The translations under genes and the position numbers were made by a program. Source: Eledone cirrhosa (taxonomy: Eukaryota). From it: DNA of 64,000 bases. The stretch lies in contig CAXHJY010000915.1 in assembly GCA_964016885.1 (NCBI GenBank), positions 1 through 64,000 of the forward strand. Reading direction: 5' to 3'. Under the pieces are notes generated by a model that worked only from the letters and a program-made list of their open reading frames with translations, was not told the DNA's origin and did not search any database. Below, one piece after another: positions 1-14,749 of this stretch (position 1 is its first letter; the number at the start of each line of letters is the position of its first letter).

Positions 1-315
1 AACTGTATGTTAAACCGAGGTAGTATGCAAGAGAAGCCTATGTTGATACGGATATGTGATGCGCATGGATGATCATCGCTGGGTGAAGCAGTGCCAGGAA
101 AGGCCAGTGGTAAGAAGCCGCAGTAGAGGTAAACTAAGAAAGACCTTGGCTGAGGTGGTGAAAGCCGATCTCAAATTTCTGAGACTTACAGAGGAGATGA
201 TGAAAGAATGTAACAAATGGAGAGATGCTGAAAATGGCTCGTACAACTCATGCAAGTGTGGAAAAACAGACATAAAAATGGTGTTGATGAGGATGATCTT
301 CTTATATATATATAT

Positions 316-350
<35 letters not shown>
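1..350 (+). mobile_element. RTE-clade LINE 3' end fragment
   Basis: Degenerate frame VMRMDDHRWVKQC...RSRGKLRKTLAEVVKADL...KWR is typical of the RTE ORF C-terminus; (GAT)n tail; homologous to 5875-6277, 34890-35255 and 50110-50645. Confidence 0.85.
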
Positions 351-929
351 ATCAACTAGAAATTGATTGACATATATATATATATTTAAAATAAACACAT
401 GAAACAATCACAGGGGATAATTTGTAAAGTGTGTAATCACACAGAGCTAGGTAGGTAACTAATTATAGTTTAACTAGAGCTTCAAATATTACCTTTTAAA
501 AAATTATTAATCTTCCTTGTATATATTTCATTAAAGAAATATATTTCACCATTAATCCGTAAAGTCACAGTAGTTAAATCTTGGATCTTCAGCAAGGGAG
601 AAGGTTTAACTATCTGTGTTTACACATCAAATACAAATCTGCGAGTGACCCATCGCACGTGTTGCAATTCCAAAACTACTAACAACATGCTAGCGTCATC
701 CGAGTGGCGGGAATAGGTTATCGACAGCTATAAATAGCAGCCGAGTCCTTTCAACTGAGTTAGCTCTACAATTAAGGAGCTATGTATATATCCAAAATTA
801 ATTTAATTAAATTAAATTAAGGGAGTCATGTTCGAGACATGCGCCATATCCACCGTAGAATAAGCTCAAAGATTCCAGTGAATAGATCCGTTGATCTAGT
901 TGATATAAAATGCTCCGATCTGGTGTTAT

Positions 930-1078
930 GAAGTGCATCCAGCCGTAGAAAACCTGCAAGACAGTCCTATACGATCGAGACATGATCACTCAACCAATCT
1001 TGCCTCAAGTAGGACAATTCCCGTCTAAACCCATGCTAGCGTGGAAGATAGACGTTAAACGATGATGATGATGATGAT
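930..1078 (+). mobile_element. 3' part of RTE-tailed SINE
   Basis: GCATCCAGCCGTAGAA...AACCCATGCTAGCGTGGAAGATAGACGTTAAAC(GAT)n; matches 45030-45300 (-) and 50670-50940. Confidence 0.7.
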
Positions 1079-1322
1079 AAATAAGTATATATATATATTT
1101 AAGAAAATGTAGTCATGCATTCAGAAAAAGTAAAGAAAGAAAAAATGGATTGTAACAGTTAGAACGAAGGTTTTTATCGTAAGTCTGCAGAATCACAACT
1201 GACTTGGATGGAACATAACTCTATGTTTCTAACTACAGAGACATTTAAATCTTTCTATCTATCTATACATGAACACACACATATATAAATGTGTGTATAT
1301 ATACATACATACACAAACACAC

Positions 1323-1362
<40 letters not shown>

Positions 1363-1487
1363 TCAGGTTATCAATAATGTAGTGATAATATATCGTTACG
1401 TTAGAGATGAACCGTCTGTTACAGAAACATATGTCAATACCTAATAAATTCCTTTTAAAAAAAGCACTTTCATTTTATATTCATCCT

Positions 1488-1561
<74 letters not shown>

Positions 1562-2052
1562 CACACACACAATCACATAATCACACAAACATATAAATAA
1601 ATGTATATATATATATAGATATATATCCACAAATATATATGTTTCGATATATACCATCATAATCATCATCGTTTAACGTCTGCTTTTCCTGCTAGCAAGG
1701 ATTGGACTAGAGCATATATATAATTGTGTATATATATATAATTAGGTATATATATATATATATATAATTGTGTATATATATATATACATATTTCCTATCA
1801 TATCATATGAGGTGTCCAAAACTATTAAACCTGACAAAGACTTTAATATCCTTCATAACCGCAATTATGAAGACAGTACACATATCATATATCATATCAT
1901 ATCATATCATATCATATATATATATATATATATATATACACGTTTGTGTGTATGTTTTTTTTTTTTATGTATCTAGGATGTATGTATGTGTGTGTATATA
2001 TATATATATATATATGCACACCCCCTCTTTCTCTTTATATATATATATACAC

Positions 2053-2244
2053 ATAGGAAAAAGTATGACCCCGATGGCAGAGCTCAAGCCGTTTCGACGG
2101 CTATGCGTCCAGAAATAGCCGTCGAAACGGCTTGAGCTCTGCCGTCGGGGGTCATACATTTTCCTATTATCCACTCTACTACACTAAGTATTGAGTACTC
2201 TGGTGCGTTATGGTCCATCTGGTTCCTTACCACAACTCCTTTGT

Positions 2245-2246
<2 letters not shown>
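2053..2246 (+). mobile_element. Penelope-type pLTR fold-back mini-element, family A, with hammerhead 3' half
   Basis: About 50-bp inverted arms (2053-2104 and 2115-2167); GAAACGGCTTGAGCTCTGCCGTC fits GAAA, stem III and a GUC site; 80-nt tail containing GAGTACTC; (TA)n on both flanks. Confidence 0.7.
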
Positions 2247-2305
<59 letters not shown>

Positions 2306-2389
2306 TAAATGACCTCTCTGAGTCTAAACTCTAAGCTATTTATATATATATATATAAAGATAGAGAGAGGTAGAAAGAAAGACAGACAA

Positions 2390-2670
2390 TCAGGGAGAGA
2401 GCGAGAGAGAGAGAGTTAGATAGTCAGAGAGAGAGAGAGAGAAAGACAGACAGTCAGTCAGAAAGAGGGAGAGAGAGAGAGAGAGAGGGAGAGAGAGAGA
2501 GAGTCTGAGAGAGAGAGGCAGAGAGTGAGAGAGAGAGAGACAGTCTGAGAGACAGAGAGTGAGAGAGAGAGAGAGACAGTCTGAGAGACAGAGAGTGAGA
2601 GAGAGAGAGAGACAGTCTGAGAGACAGAGAGTGAGAGAGAGAGAGTCTGAGAGAGAGAGAGACAGAGAGT

Positions 2671-2702
<32 letters not shown>

Positions 2703-2742
2703 ATCAGTGAGAGTGAGAGAGAGAGTCTGAGAGACAAAGAGT

Positions 2743-2794
<52 letters not shown>

Positions 2795-2833
2795 TCTGAG
2801 AGACAAAGAGTGAGAGAGAGAGAGAGAATCAGT

Positions 2834-2870
<37 letters not shown>

Positions 2871-2959
2871 TGAGAGACAGAGAGTGAGAGAGAGAATCAG
2901 TGAGAGAGAGAGAGAGAGAGTGAGAGAGAGACAGAGAGACAGAGAGTGAGAGAGAGAAT

Positions 2960-2998
<39 letters not shown>

Positions 2999-3091
2999 TC
3001 TGAGACAGTCTGAGAGACAGAGAGTGAGAGAGAGAGAGAGAATCAGTGAGAGAGAGAGTGAGAGAGACAGAGAGTGAGAGAGAGAATCAGT

Positions 3092-3128
<37 letters not shown>

Positions 3129-3312
3129 TCTGAGAGACAGAGAGTGAGAGAGAGAATCAGTGAGAGTGAGAGTGAGAGAGAGACAGAGAGTGAGAGAGAG
3201 AATCAGTGAGAGTGAGAGAGTGAGAGAGACAGAGAGTGAGAGAGAGAATCAGTGAGAGTGAGAGAGTGAGAGAGAGAGAGACAGAGAGTGAGAGAGAGAG
3301 AGAGAGAGAGAG
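2390..3312. repeat. GA-rich compound microsatellite/minisatellite
   Basis: (GA)n interspersed with GACAGTCT, GAATCAGT and GAGTGA units. Confidence 0.95.
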
Positions 3313-3648
3313 ACAATACCAGTTTTACATTCTTCATTATGGCTCCATTGTATTTGAGGCGGAAGCAAATGCTAGTTCGACCATTTTGTCAGTGTAATCA
3401 ATAGGTTTTTTTATTGATGATACAGTTGAGTTGTCCATAGATTCAGTCATAATACCTTTGTGTAATGTATATATAATGTGTAGGGTGTATATATATTGTG
3501 TATATATTGGCTATATTCTGTTTTTATTAATACTTTCAGTGATAGTGATACAATCTTGTTGATGTCTTCTTTTCATTTTGTTGTTGCTGTTGTTGTTGTT
3601 GTTGTTGCTGTTGTGAGCAGTGTGTGTATAGTGTAGTGTGTGTGAAGG

Positions 3649-3703
<55 letters not shown>

Positions 3704-3852
3704 ATTTTTTTTGTATATGCGCAGGTACTGTATATATATATATGCGTGTGCATGTATATATACATATACATTTATGTATATATACATATATAAATTTATG
3801 TATGTATATATGTGTATATATATATATATATTTATTAAAATATTATTATTAC

Positions 3853-3904
<52 letters not shown>

Positions 3905-3924
3905 AATATATATATATATATATA

Positions 3925-4272
3925 TGGAGGCACATGGCTTAGTGGTTAGAGTATTGTCTTTGCAATCGAAAGGTTGTGAGTTCAATTCTCAGACCGGGTG
4001 ATGTGCTGTTTCCTTGAGCAAGACACTTTATTTCACATTGCTCCAGTTTACTCAGCTGTAGAAATGAGATGATAGGGACTGAGATCCTTATCATTCCACT
4101 GCAAAGTGGTCGTGGAGGTGCCACGACAAAAAAGCACCCAGCACTCACTGTAAATGAGGTTGGTGTTAGGAAGGGCATCCAGCTGTAGAAATCAAGCCAG
4201 AATCAGTTCCCGTCCCACCCTTGCAAGCAGGGAAAAGTGGACGTAAAATGATGATGATGATGATGATGATGA
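3925..4272 (+). mobile_element. Full-length tRNA-derived CORE-like SINE with RTE-derived tail
   Basis: A box TGGCTTAGTGG, B box GAGTTCAATTC, CORE-like TTCCTTGAGCAAGACACTT, GGAAGGGCATCCAGCTGTAGAA, tail GGACGTAAAA(TGA)n; near-identical copies at 26505-26783 and 45993-46331 (-). Confidence 0.85.
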
Positions 4273-4306
4273 TATATATATATATACAAATATATATACA
4301 TATATT

Positions 4307-4359
<53 letters not shown>

Positions 4360-4544
4360 ATATATATATATGTATATGTATGTATATATATATATATATA
4401 TGTATGTATGTGTATATATATATATATTCCTATATATATATATACCCAGGTGTTGTGTTGTAACACATACAAACACACATAGATACATGTGTATATATAT
4501 ATATATGTAAGTATATATATATATGTGTGTGTGTATATGCAATG

Positions 4545-4591
<47 letters not shown>

Positions 4592-4859
4592 TATATATAT
4601 ATACACACACACACACATACACATATATATACACACCAATAATGTTGTTCACAGTGACAATCCCAACAGCCAGAACATTCTAGACAGGAATTCTTCAGAT
4701 AGAATCTTCTAGATATTAAATATGTTATATTTTATATCTCCACAACATACTTTTATTACTGCCAATTACATGTCTTTCTCTTGCTGTTGTTACTGTTGTT
4801 ACTTATAACACTTGTAGTAGTATTATTATTATTATTAGTAGTAGTAGTTATTATTATTG

Positions 4860-5445
4860 TCATCACCAACATCACTACAATCATCACCATCATCATCATC
4901 ACCGCACACTACTATAATCATTATGATTATTGTTATTATTATTATCATCACCACCATCATCACCACCACCGCCATCATCACCCCCACCACCATCACCACC
5001 ACCACCATCACAACCACCACCATAACCATCCCCACCACCACCACCATCATCATCCCCACCACCATCACCATCACCACCATCACAACCACCACCACCATCA
5101 CAACCACCACCACCATCACCACCACCACCATCACAACCACCGCCACCATCACAATCACCACCACCACCACCATCACCACCACCATCACAACCACCACCAT
5201 CATCACCACCATTATCACCACCAACATCACAACCACCACCATCACAACCACCAACATCACCACCACCATCACAACCACCACCATCACAACCACCACCATC
5301 ACAACCACCACCATCATCACCACCAACATCACAACCACCACCATCACAACCACCAACATCACTACCACCATCACAACCACCACCATCACAACCACCACCA
5401 TCATCACCACCACCATCACAACCACCACCATCATCATCATCATTA
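4860..5445. repeat. (CAC/CAT/CAA)n trinucleotide tract
   Basis: Direct reading; it produces the spurious poly-His/Thr ORFs. Confidence 0.95.
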
Positions 5446-5676
5446 GTCCTATTTTTATTACATGTCACTACATTGCCAAGAACAGCTCTACGAATTGGGT
5501 GGGGTGGGGTGGGGAGGGTTAATCATGTGCAGTGTTGGTGTTGTTGGTGTTGTTGCTGTTGTATTGTAAATACTCTTCATATATATATATACATATATAC
5601 ATACATATATGTATCTATGTGTGTATATATATATATATAAATGAAAATGTCTGCCTGTCTGTATGTAGGTGATAGA

Positions 5677-5723
5677 TTTCTACAGGGCTTCCTGATGAAT
5701 GAAACAGTTCTAGTCCTGTAGAA
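5677..5723 (+). ncRNA. Minimal type I hammerhead ribozyme motif (PLE pLTR relic)
   Basis: Stem I TTCTACAGGGCT/AGTCCTGTAGAA, CTGATGA-AT-GAAACAGTT core; tail with GAGTACTT at 5762, then (TA)n. Confidence 0.55.
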
Positions 5724-5874
5724 CCTTTTCTATATTAAATATTTATACTCTGCTTTGTATTGAGTACTTTACTCACTGTGGTTACCCCCGATTGAACCCG
5801 GGATAAACATATATATATATATATATATACACACACATAGATACATGTATGTATATGTGTGTATATATATATAT

Positions 5875-6277
5875 CATCATCATCATTTTACGTCAGCTTT
5901 TCCCTGCTTGCAAGGGTGGGACGGGTCCTATTCAGCACAGAATCTCTCCACTTGTCACGGTCCATCGTCATCTCCCCCGTAAATTTCAGCAATCTGAGGT
6001 CTGCTCTCACCACCTCCGCCCATGTTTTTTGTGGTCTTCCTCTACTGCGTTTTCCCTCTACTGGGATTTCTTGGCACTTCTTTACACAGCGGTCATCCTC
6101 CATGCGCATCACGTGTCCATACCATCTCAGTCTTCTCTCCTGCACACCTCAACTTATCCTCTTATACCCAGTTTCTCTCTCAACTCATCTATGCTTGGTC
6201 GTTCACGCACATTGACATTGCACATCCAACGGAGGATGCTTGCTTCATTTCTCTCCAGCCGTCACATATCCTCTGTA
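5875..6277 (-). mobile_element. RTE-clade LINE 3' fragment
   Basis: LERNEASILRWMC...VQERRLRWYGHVMRMEDDRCVKKC...GRPQKTWAEVVRADL; (GAT)n tail. Confidence 0.9.
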
Positions 6278-6727
6278 TTTATATATAGGTTGGAATTGCC
6301 TTCCTTTAGCCAATTTCACTTGTACCCCCCCCCCCCCCCCCCCACACACACACAAAAAAGGGTGATTTGGACTTCAATTTAATATTTTTAATACTTTTCT
6401 GAGAGGATTATTGGTTTCTCAATTGACATATCTTATTCTGTCATTGAGATGCATTAGAGACAATTATTTTATATGGTTGTAAATTAAATATATATATATA
6501 TATATCAAGCAGACGTAAATTAAATATAAATATATATATATATATATCAAGCAGACGTAAAATGATGATGATATATATATATCATCATCATCATCATTTT
6601 ACGTCCACTTTTAAAATGATGATGATGATGATGATGATATATATATATCATCATCATTTTACGTCTGCTTGATATATATATATATATATATATATATATC
6701 TTGCTCACAATAATTTCTATACTTTTC

Positions 6728-6778
<51 letters not shown>

Positions 6779-7600
6779 TAAACAAATAATGAATAAAACA
6801 ATGAAACAGTTCCTTATATTAAACAAAAAAAGTTCATTATTTAACGATCGTTTCTAGGATATATATGTGTTAGAATTGGCATGCATATTCAACAGATCTA
6901 TGTACAAAATTATACAAAATTATACAAACTATCAAGATTAAATATACATACCAAACACACATATATGCCGTCTTCAGAAATAATGAACTATATTTATTGA
7001 TAATAACAACAATTCAAAATTTCAGGTCCGTTTGGGAACGGAGTTCAAAATTGACCAATGAAAATACAAAAAGTTTTATGCAGTTTGGTGTGTGTATATA
7101 CATGTAACTAACCCCGTACAGATATTTATACAAAGATATATGCTCAACATGCATACGCATGCCAAAAAGATGTATGCAAATACAAAAATTCAAGGCTAAT
7201 GTCTCTGTAAGTTTATAATCCACAGATAAAATGCGTATAGACACATAAATATGAAATAAGTGTATACACATATTCTCATACTCACACATATCCGTACACT
7301 CACACACACGCGCGCGTATATGCATAAACATACACATAATTACGAACATACATACACACACACACCCCCACACACATATATATGTGGATATAATATTATC
7401 ATAAGCACATGGATATTAATTCACTCACATAAACACTGCCACACACATTTAGATCAAGATACAGAAATTAGGTGGGAGGGGGGGAGAGGTCAGTATTCAA
7501 CGGATTGGGCAGACTGCTTATTTATAGATGTATCTATAAACTTAGAAATAAAAAGAAAAGAAAAGAAAAAGAAAAAAGAAAAAAGAAATATATCAAGAAA

Positions 7601-7635
<35 letters not shown>

Positions 7636-7701
7636 TCTACACATACAACACTCACACACACACATATATAAATATATACATATATATATTTACACACATA
7701 T

Positions 7702-7750
<49 letters not shown>

Positions 7751-8194
7751 TACACACATATACATACACACACATATATAGACACACATATATATACACA
7801 TACACGCACATATACATACACATACATACTTATATACATACAGACATACACATACATACATATATATACACACATATACATACAGACATACATACATACA
7901 TACACACATATACACATACATACACACACATACATACTCATACATAGACATAGATATATATTCACCCACACATACGTACTTATATATACGCATATGTACA
8001 AATACTTACGCATCCATATAACGGTATATACATACAAACACCACTACACTCTCACACAACTCAGACATACAAAGAAAAAGGTATATACATATACACATAA
8101 ACACATACAAATAGAGATACATATACATATATATATATATATATATACACATATATATATATATACATACACATATACACATACACATATACAC

Positions 8195-9236
<1,042 letters not shown>

Positions 9237-9337
9237 TATATATATATATATATATAAATGAAATGATATATAAATGAAAAGTATAGAAATTATTGTGAGC
9301 AAGAAGCCAACAGTATTTCATAATATATATTTGTATG

Positions 9338-9410
<73 letters not shown>

Positions 9411-9806
9411 TTCATACATACAATTATATTAATGGCTCCATATATGTTGTTTAAAGATTCAATATTTAACATTCCCTGCTGTTTCAATATCCATCGACAA
9501 ATATCTGTTTCTCTACATTGTACACCCTCAGCCTGCAGCTGTGGAATTGGAAGTAATCAACTGAAAATTATATATAACATGTTTGCCGATTTGGAACATA
9601 CATGAATACATATATATATATATATACATACATTTATACATGCATACATAGAAGCATATGTGTATATATATATATACTGTATATATATATGTATACCCTC
9701 ATTATCACCATCATTTTTAAGGAGACATAAAAACAATGGTGATGATATATATATGTATGTACGTATGTATGTATGTATGTATGTATATATATATATATAT
9801 ATATAC

Positions 9807-9870
<64 letters not shown>

Positions 9871-10009
9871 GAGTTAAACAAGATTCAATGAGTATATCAA
9901 AGAATGAGTTTTACAGTAGATTGGAAGCACTCTATGGTAAAAATAATTTTCCGGAGTTATTAATATTAAAATACAAATATTAATAAAATAGATGTTCTTT
10001 TTATCAATT

Positions 10010-10072
10010 ACATTTTATTATACATATTTCAGATGTACAACAGTACGTCCTCATCAGACAAAATATAATGAT
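10010..10072 (-). ncRNA. Type I hammerhead ribozyme motif
   Basis: - strand: CTGATGA-GGACGTAC tgtt GTACATCT-GAAA-TATGTAT-A-ATAAAATG; tail to 9866 with GAGTGCTT (9925-9932); partial second copy near 10170. Confidence 0.65.
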
Positions 10073-10198
10073 ACATGACACCCTGAGATGTTAAATGTTT
10101 AAGATTTAATCAAGGTAGTCACCTTGATTAAATCTTAACCATTTATCATACCTTCTTCAGAGTGATATAAAGTACGTCCTCATCAGATAAAATAAGAC

Positions 10199-10724
10199 GT
10201 ATGGTCCCTCAAGGACTCAAGTATAGACTACTCCATTCAATGGAAAGCCATCACCAAGTCCAAGCCATACGCAAGGGGAAATCCGATGTGTGGCTTATGT
10301 ATTGACGAACGAATAACTATTCTAAAGATATTATGCGATAGTGATTGCCTAAACACGAGAAATGAATTTTTCACACGTTGTCCACATGTCTCCAAACACC
10401 TATTGAATATCTACAAAACTCCGGATTGAATCATTGTAATTTTCTTATCAACTAAAAACTTTTCAGACTTTGGCAGTTATCTTCCTTACACTGCTCGCAC
10501 CCATTCTAGTATTGCCTGTGTGAAGTGACCGGGTTTCTGCGCATGCGCGTTCGTACGGTTGTCCTTCCTGTTCCTATAACCATGCCCATTACAAGCTGAG
10601 GATCCGCTAAGGTGAAACAATTGTTCTCGGTATGGTGAACTTACTGTTGTGTTACCACTTCTACCTAACTCGTCCCATGGACTGAGTGCTCTACCACTAC
10701 GGATATTACCTTCCAGTGTTCCAC

Positions 10725-10728
<4 letters not shown>
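10199..10728 (+). mobile_element. Penelope-like element 3' end (EN C-terminus, pLTR and tail), probably Hydra clade
   Basis: 10199-10429 reads VWSLKDSSIDYSIQWKAITKSKPY...CGLCIDER...LNTRNEFFTRCPHVSKHLL*, homologous to the end of the 62751-64000 frame; followed by a hammerhead, GAGTGCTC at 10684 and (TA)n. Confidence 0.8.
10579..10636 (+). ncRNA. Type I hammerhead ribozyme motif in PLE pLTR
   Basis: Stem I ACCATGCC/GGTATGGT, CTGAGGA, short stem II, GAAA, palindromic stem III ACAATTGT. Confidence 0.65.
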
Positions 10729-10761
<33 letters not shown>

Positions 10762-10810
10762 TTTATGTGCACATATATATATATATGTGTGTGTACATAT
10801 ATGTACATAT

Positions 10811-10915
<105 letters not shown>

Positions 10916-10953
10916 CGGATTGGACACTACCGTAAACTCTTGGTAGATTTATC

Positions 10954-10997
<44 letters not shown>

Positions 10998-11139
10998 CTC
11001 ATATATACGTGTGTATATATATATACATACATATATACATATACATACTTACACATACACACGCACATATATATATATATATATAACATTGAAAGAGATA
11101 GATGGTTAAACAATGCAAAATGGACTCTAAGATAGACTT

Positions 11140-11735
11140 ATGACCTTAATGCTGTGGGTTCAATTCCTGGACTGGCTTGTGTTGTGTTCTTGAGCAAAAC
11201 ACTTCATTCAATGTTGCTCCAGTATACTCAGCTGAAAATGAGTACCAGCAATACCTAGGCTATTAACCCTGTGAAGGACTGGTGTCCTGTCCAGGGGGAG
11301 TATTGTACTCTCAATCACTCAATGCCATGGAAACTAGGATAACCACCGGCCTGATGAGCTTCCAATGAGCCTCCAGACTTTAGACTTAGATACATATATA
11401 TATGTATATTTGAAGGCACCTAGCTTAGTGGTTTGAGTGTTGGGCTTACAATGGTGAGGTTGTGAGTTCAATTCCTTGAGCAAGATACCTTTTTTTCATG
11501 TTGCTCCAGTTCACACAGCTGTAGAAATGAATTGCGATGTCACTGGTGCCATTGCCTTTCCCTTGGACAACATCGGTGGCATGGAGAGGTGGAGGCTGGT
11601 ATGTATGGGCAACTGCTGGTCTTCCACAAACAAACCTTCCCCAGGCAAACTTAGCAGGACTTGGGCCTCAGAGGGGAACATTCTAGGTGCAAATATCACG
11701 GGCATTCTTGACCAAAGCAGATCTCTACCAACCTA
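11140..11735 (+). mobile_element. Two diverged CORE-like SINE copies
   Basis: GTTCAATTCC B boxes and TTGAGCAAAACACTT/TTGAGCAAGATACC CORE-like segments. Confidence 0.65.
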
Positions 11736-12608
11736 CATAAAATATAAGACACACACACACACACACACGCACACACACGCGCACACACACACACATATAT
11801 ATATTAGGTTCACAGGGAGACTTGCAATCCTGCTTGAAACTTATTCTAAGTTCTGAATCATCAATCACCAGACAATGACGATGACAACAACAGCAATAAC
11901 AACAACAGCAACAACAACCACGACCACCAAACTACAGACAGTGTTTTCATCTCAATCAAACTTACCCACTCAAGCTAAATCAAAACCTTTTATTATCCTA
12001 CAGAACACTCTAGAATCTCCAATGATACACAGAAACTATCTATTGTCGAATGACGACAGCAAGAACATCAATAACAACAGTAAAAACAAAAACAAAAAAA
12101 AACTACAAGAACAAGAAACAAAAAAAACAAAGCTGAGGCCTGGAATTTTGTTTCTATTGTCCTCCCAAATGTGTTATTTCTATAGAAAATTACGCTTTGA
12201 TACTTCCATACATTGATACATCCATACTTCTTCAAACACATTCCATACACTTTAGCTGTAGCTGTCTGATGTATGGTGTTGGGTGTCATCACCGCTGTAA
12301 GGCGATGGACAAGATATCAGGACATCACACTACTTGGTTCATCGGCAGGCATTGTGTGGTTCTTGTGCCCCCCCCCCCCCCCACACACAACCCTACCACA
12401 CCACACTATATATATATATCTACCTCCATCATCACCACCACCACCTCACATACCACGTAGCCCACCACCACCAGCAATATGCGTATGTGTATCTATATAT
12501 GTGTGTGTGTATATGTATTTGTATATATGCATATATATGTATACACACACACACACACACATACATATATATGTATATATACATACTTATATGTATATAT
12601 GGGTGTGC

Positions 12609-12644
<36 letters not shown>

Positions 12645-12729
12645 GTATATATACATAAATGTAAGTATGTATATATCAGCCGTACTAAGAGTGAGAAATG
12701 AAATTTCATTTCATTCTTTTCCATTTATA

Positions 12730-12765
<36 letters not shown>

Positions 12766-12862
12766 TATCATTGATATTATACTCCAGAAAACTGTAGAGT
12801 GCTTCGAATCTGTTATAAATAAATTTTTTGAATAACCAACAAATTAAATATCTCTTTGCTTT

Positions 12863-12894
<32 letters not shown>

Positions 12895-13065
12895 TATACA
12901 CACATATATATATATACATATATATATACACATATATATATATATATATATACATACACATATATATATATACACATATATATATATACATATATATATA
13001 CACATATATATATATACATATATATATACATATATATATATATACATATATATATAAATATATAT

Positions 13066-13325
13066 GTAGATAAATCTACCAAAATGTACGGTAGTGTCCA
13101 ATCCATATGAAGAACTCAATGGAATCCGAATATCATGAAAAGAGAAGATGTATTCAAAAATGTTTTTCAGATGAAAAATACAGGAAAACAGAGTCAAGAT
13201 GAATTAATAAAAATAATGAATTAAAACAAAGAAACTGTTCCTTATATTAAAAAATTCATCATTTAAATGATGAATTTTTTAATATAAGGAACTGTTTCTT
13301 TGTTTTTATTCATTATTTTTATTAA
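13066..13325 (-). mobile_element. PLE-type fold-back mini-element (third family)
   Basis: Near-perfect hairpin 13205-13325 centred on CATTTAAATG; tail with GAGTTCTT; related pieces at 6775-6860 (- strand GAAACGATCGTT) and 10915-10960. Confidence 0.6.
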
Positions 13326-13348
13326 TTTATATAAATATATATATATAT

Positions 13349-13447
<99 letters not shown>

Positions 13448-13510
13448 TATATGTATATATACATATATATATATATACATATATATATACATATATACAT
13501 ATATATATAT

Positions 13511-13670
13511 ATAGGAACCAGTAAGACCCCGACGGCTGAGCTCAAGCCATTTCGACGGCTTGAGCTCAGCCGTCGGGGTCTTACTGGTTCCTATTACCCA
13601 TTCTACTACCCCAAGTATTGAGTACTTTGGTGCGTTATGGTCCACCTGGTTCCTTACCACATTTCCTTCG

Positions 13671-13672
<2 letters not shown>
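13511..13672 (+). mobile_element. PLE fold-back mini-element, family A
   Basis: Same sequence family and architecture as 2053-2246; (TA)n flanks. Confidence 0.7.
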
Positions 13673-13740
<68 letters not shown>

Positions 13741-14040
13741 GTTATATATATACCTCACAATTATTTCCACTGTATCCTAGTTATATGTACAGACATCGTC
13801 CTGGTGTCTCTGTAATTACGTCAGTTTGACAAATTGTTCTAGTGTGTAATGTCAGAGTGGTGTGTATGTGCATATATATATATGTATATATGTGTATGTG
13901 TGTGGGGGGGGGGGGAGTAAAAATGTACACATACACACACACACACATATATATATATATTTATATATATGTATATGTATTTGTGTGTGTATAAATATAT
14001 ATATATATATATATATACATATATATATGTGTGTGTGTAT

Positions 14041-14071
<31 letters not shown>

Positions 14072-14439
14072 TATAGATATACATGTGTGTGTGTATGTAT
14101 ATATATCATGTCTGTGTTCATGTGTGTCTCTGTGTGCCTAATCAGAGTTTGTATACCCTACAAAATAAATAACTCATCTATTAGTCATTCTAATACCTTC
14201 ACATCAATTCAGTGGATTATAGTTTGCTGACGATACCCAATTAGGCTGGAGTTTTCACTATGCTTGTGACAGGTGATATATTATGCTTATATCATTTTAT
14301 TTCAGTCTACAAGTGAAAGAAAATTTTCAATGTTTTCAAATATTTTCTCCATCTCTGATCCGTATCACATTGATGAGGAAATAGAACCTCCGGCAACGTC
14401 TAATATCTTTGATTATAGAGGACAACAAGACCAGCAGAG

Positions 14440-14440
<1 letters not shown>

Positions 14441-14485
<45 letters not shown>

Positions 14486-14705
14486 TGTTTTCTTTATTAA
14501 CCACAAGGGTTTACATAAAGTAGACATTAAGGACAGTACAGGACAATACAGGACGGTACAAATGGGCATTTCTGCGTGTAAAAAAAACGGAGGTTGAAAT
14601 AAAATAACAAAGAAAAATTCCCCAATAGGGGGGAGACTTCCGAGGGACATTTGTGGAGAAAGCCCATTAAAAGACCACAGTGGCCCTGACCACCAGGGCA
14701 AGTGC
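14441..14705 (-). mobile_element. Probable LINE 3' UTR (L1/Tx1-like) with (TTA)n tail
   Basis: - strand pyrimidine-rich UTR, AATAAA, then (TTA)n; no ORF seen. Confidence 0.35.
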
Positions 14706-14749
14706 CTTCTCCCAGTTTTCCACCTTTAATTTACAGACACAATAATAAT

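Noticed and set aside
1400-1445. GATGA...GAAACATATGTC hammerhead-like motif
   Set aside because: The CU of the core and stem I are missing; it may be a truncated relic but is not supportable as a ribozyme.
3925-4000. tRNA genes at SINE heads
   Set aside because: The A/B boxes continue into CORE or Meta domains and tails, so these are SINEs rather than tRNAs.
4781-5522. Poly-His/Thr/Gly-Asp ORFs suggesting a His-rich structural protein
   Set aside because: The trinucleotide tract is open in several frames and has no unique flanking coding sequence or splice signals.
14223-14272. FADDTQLGW RT-like peptide
   Set aside because: Too short, flanked by stops, and without other RT motifs.
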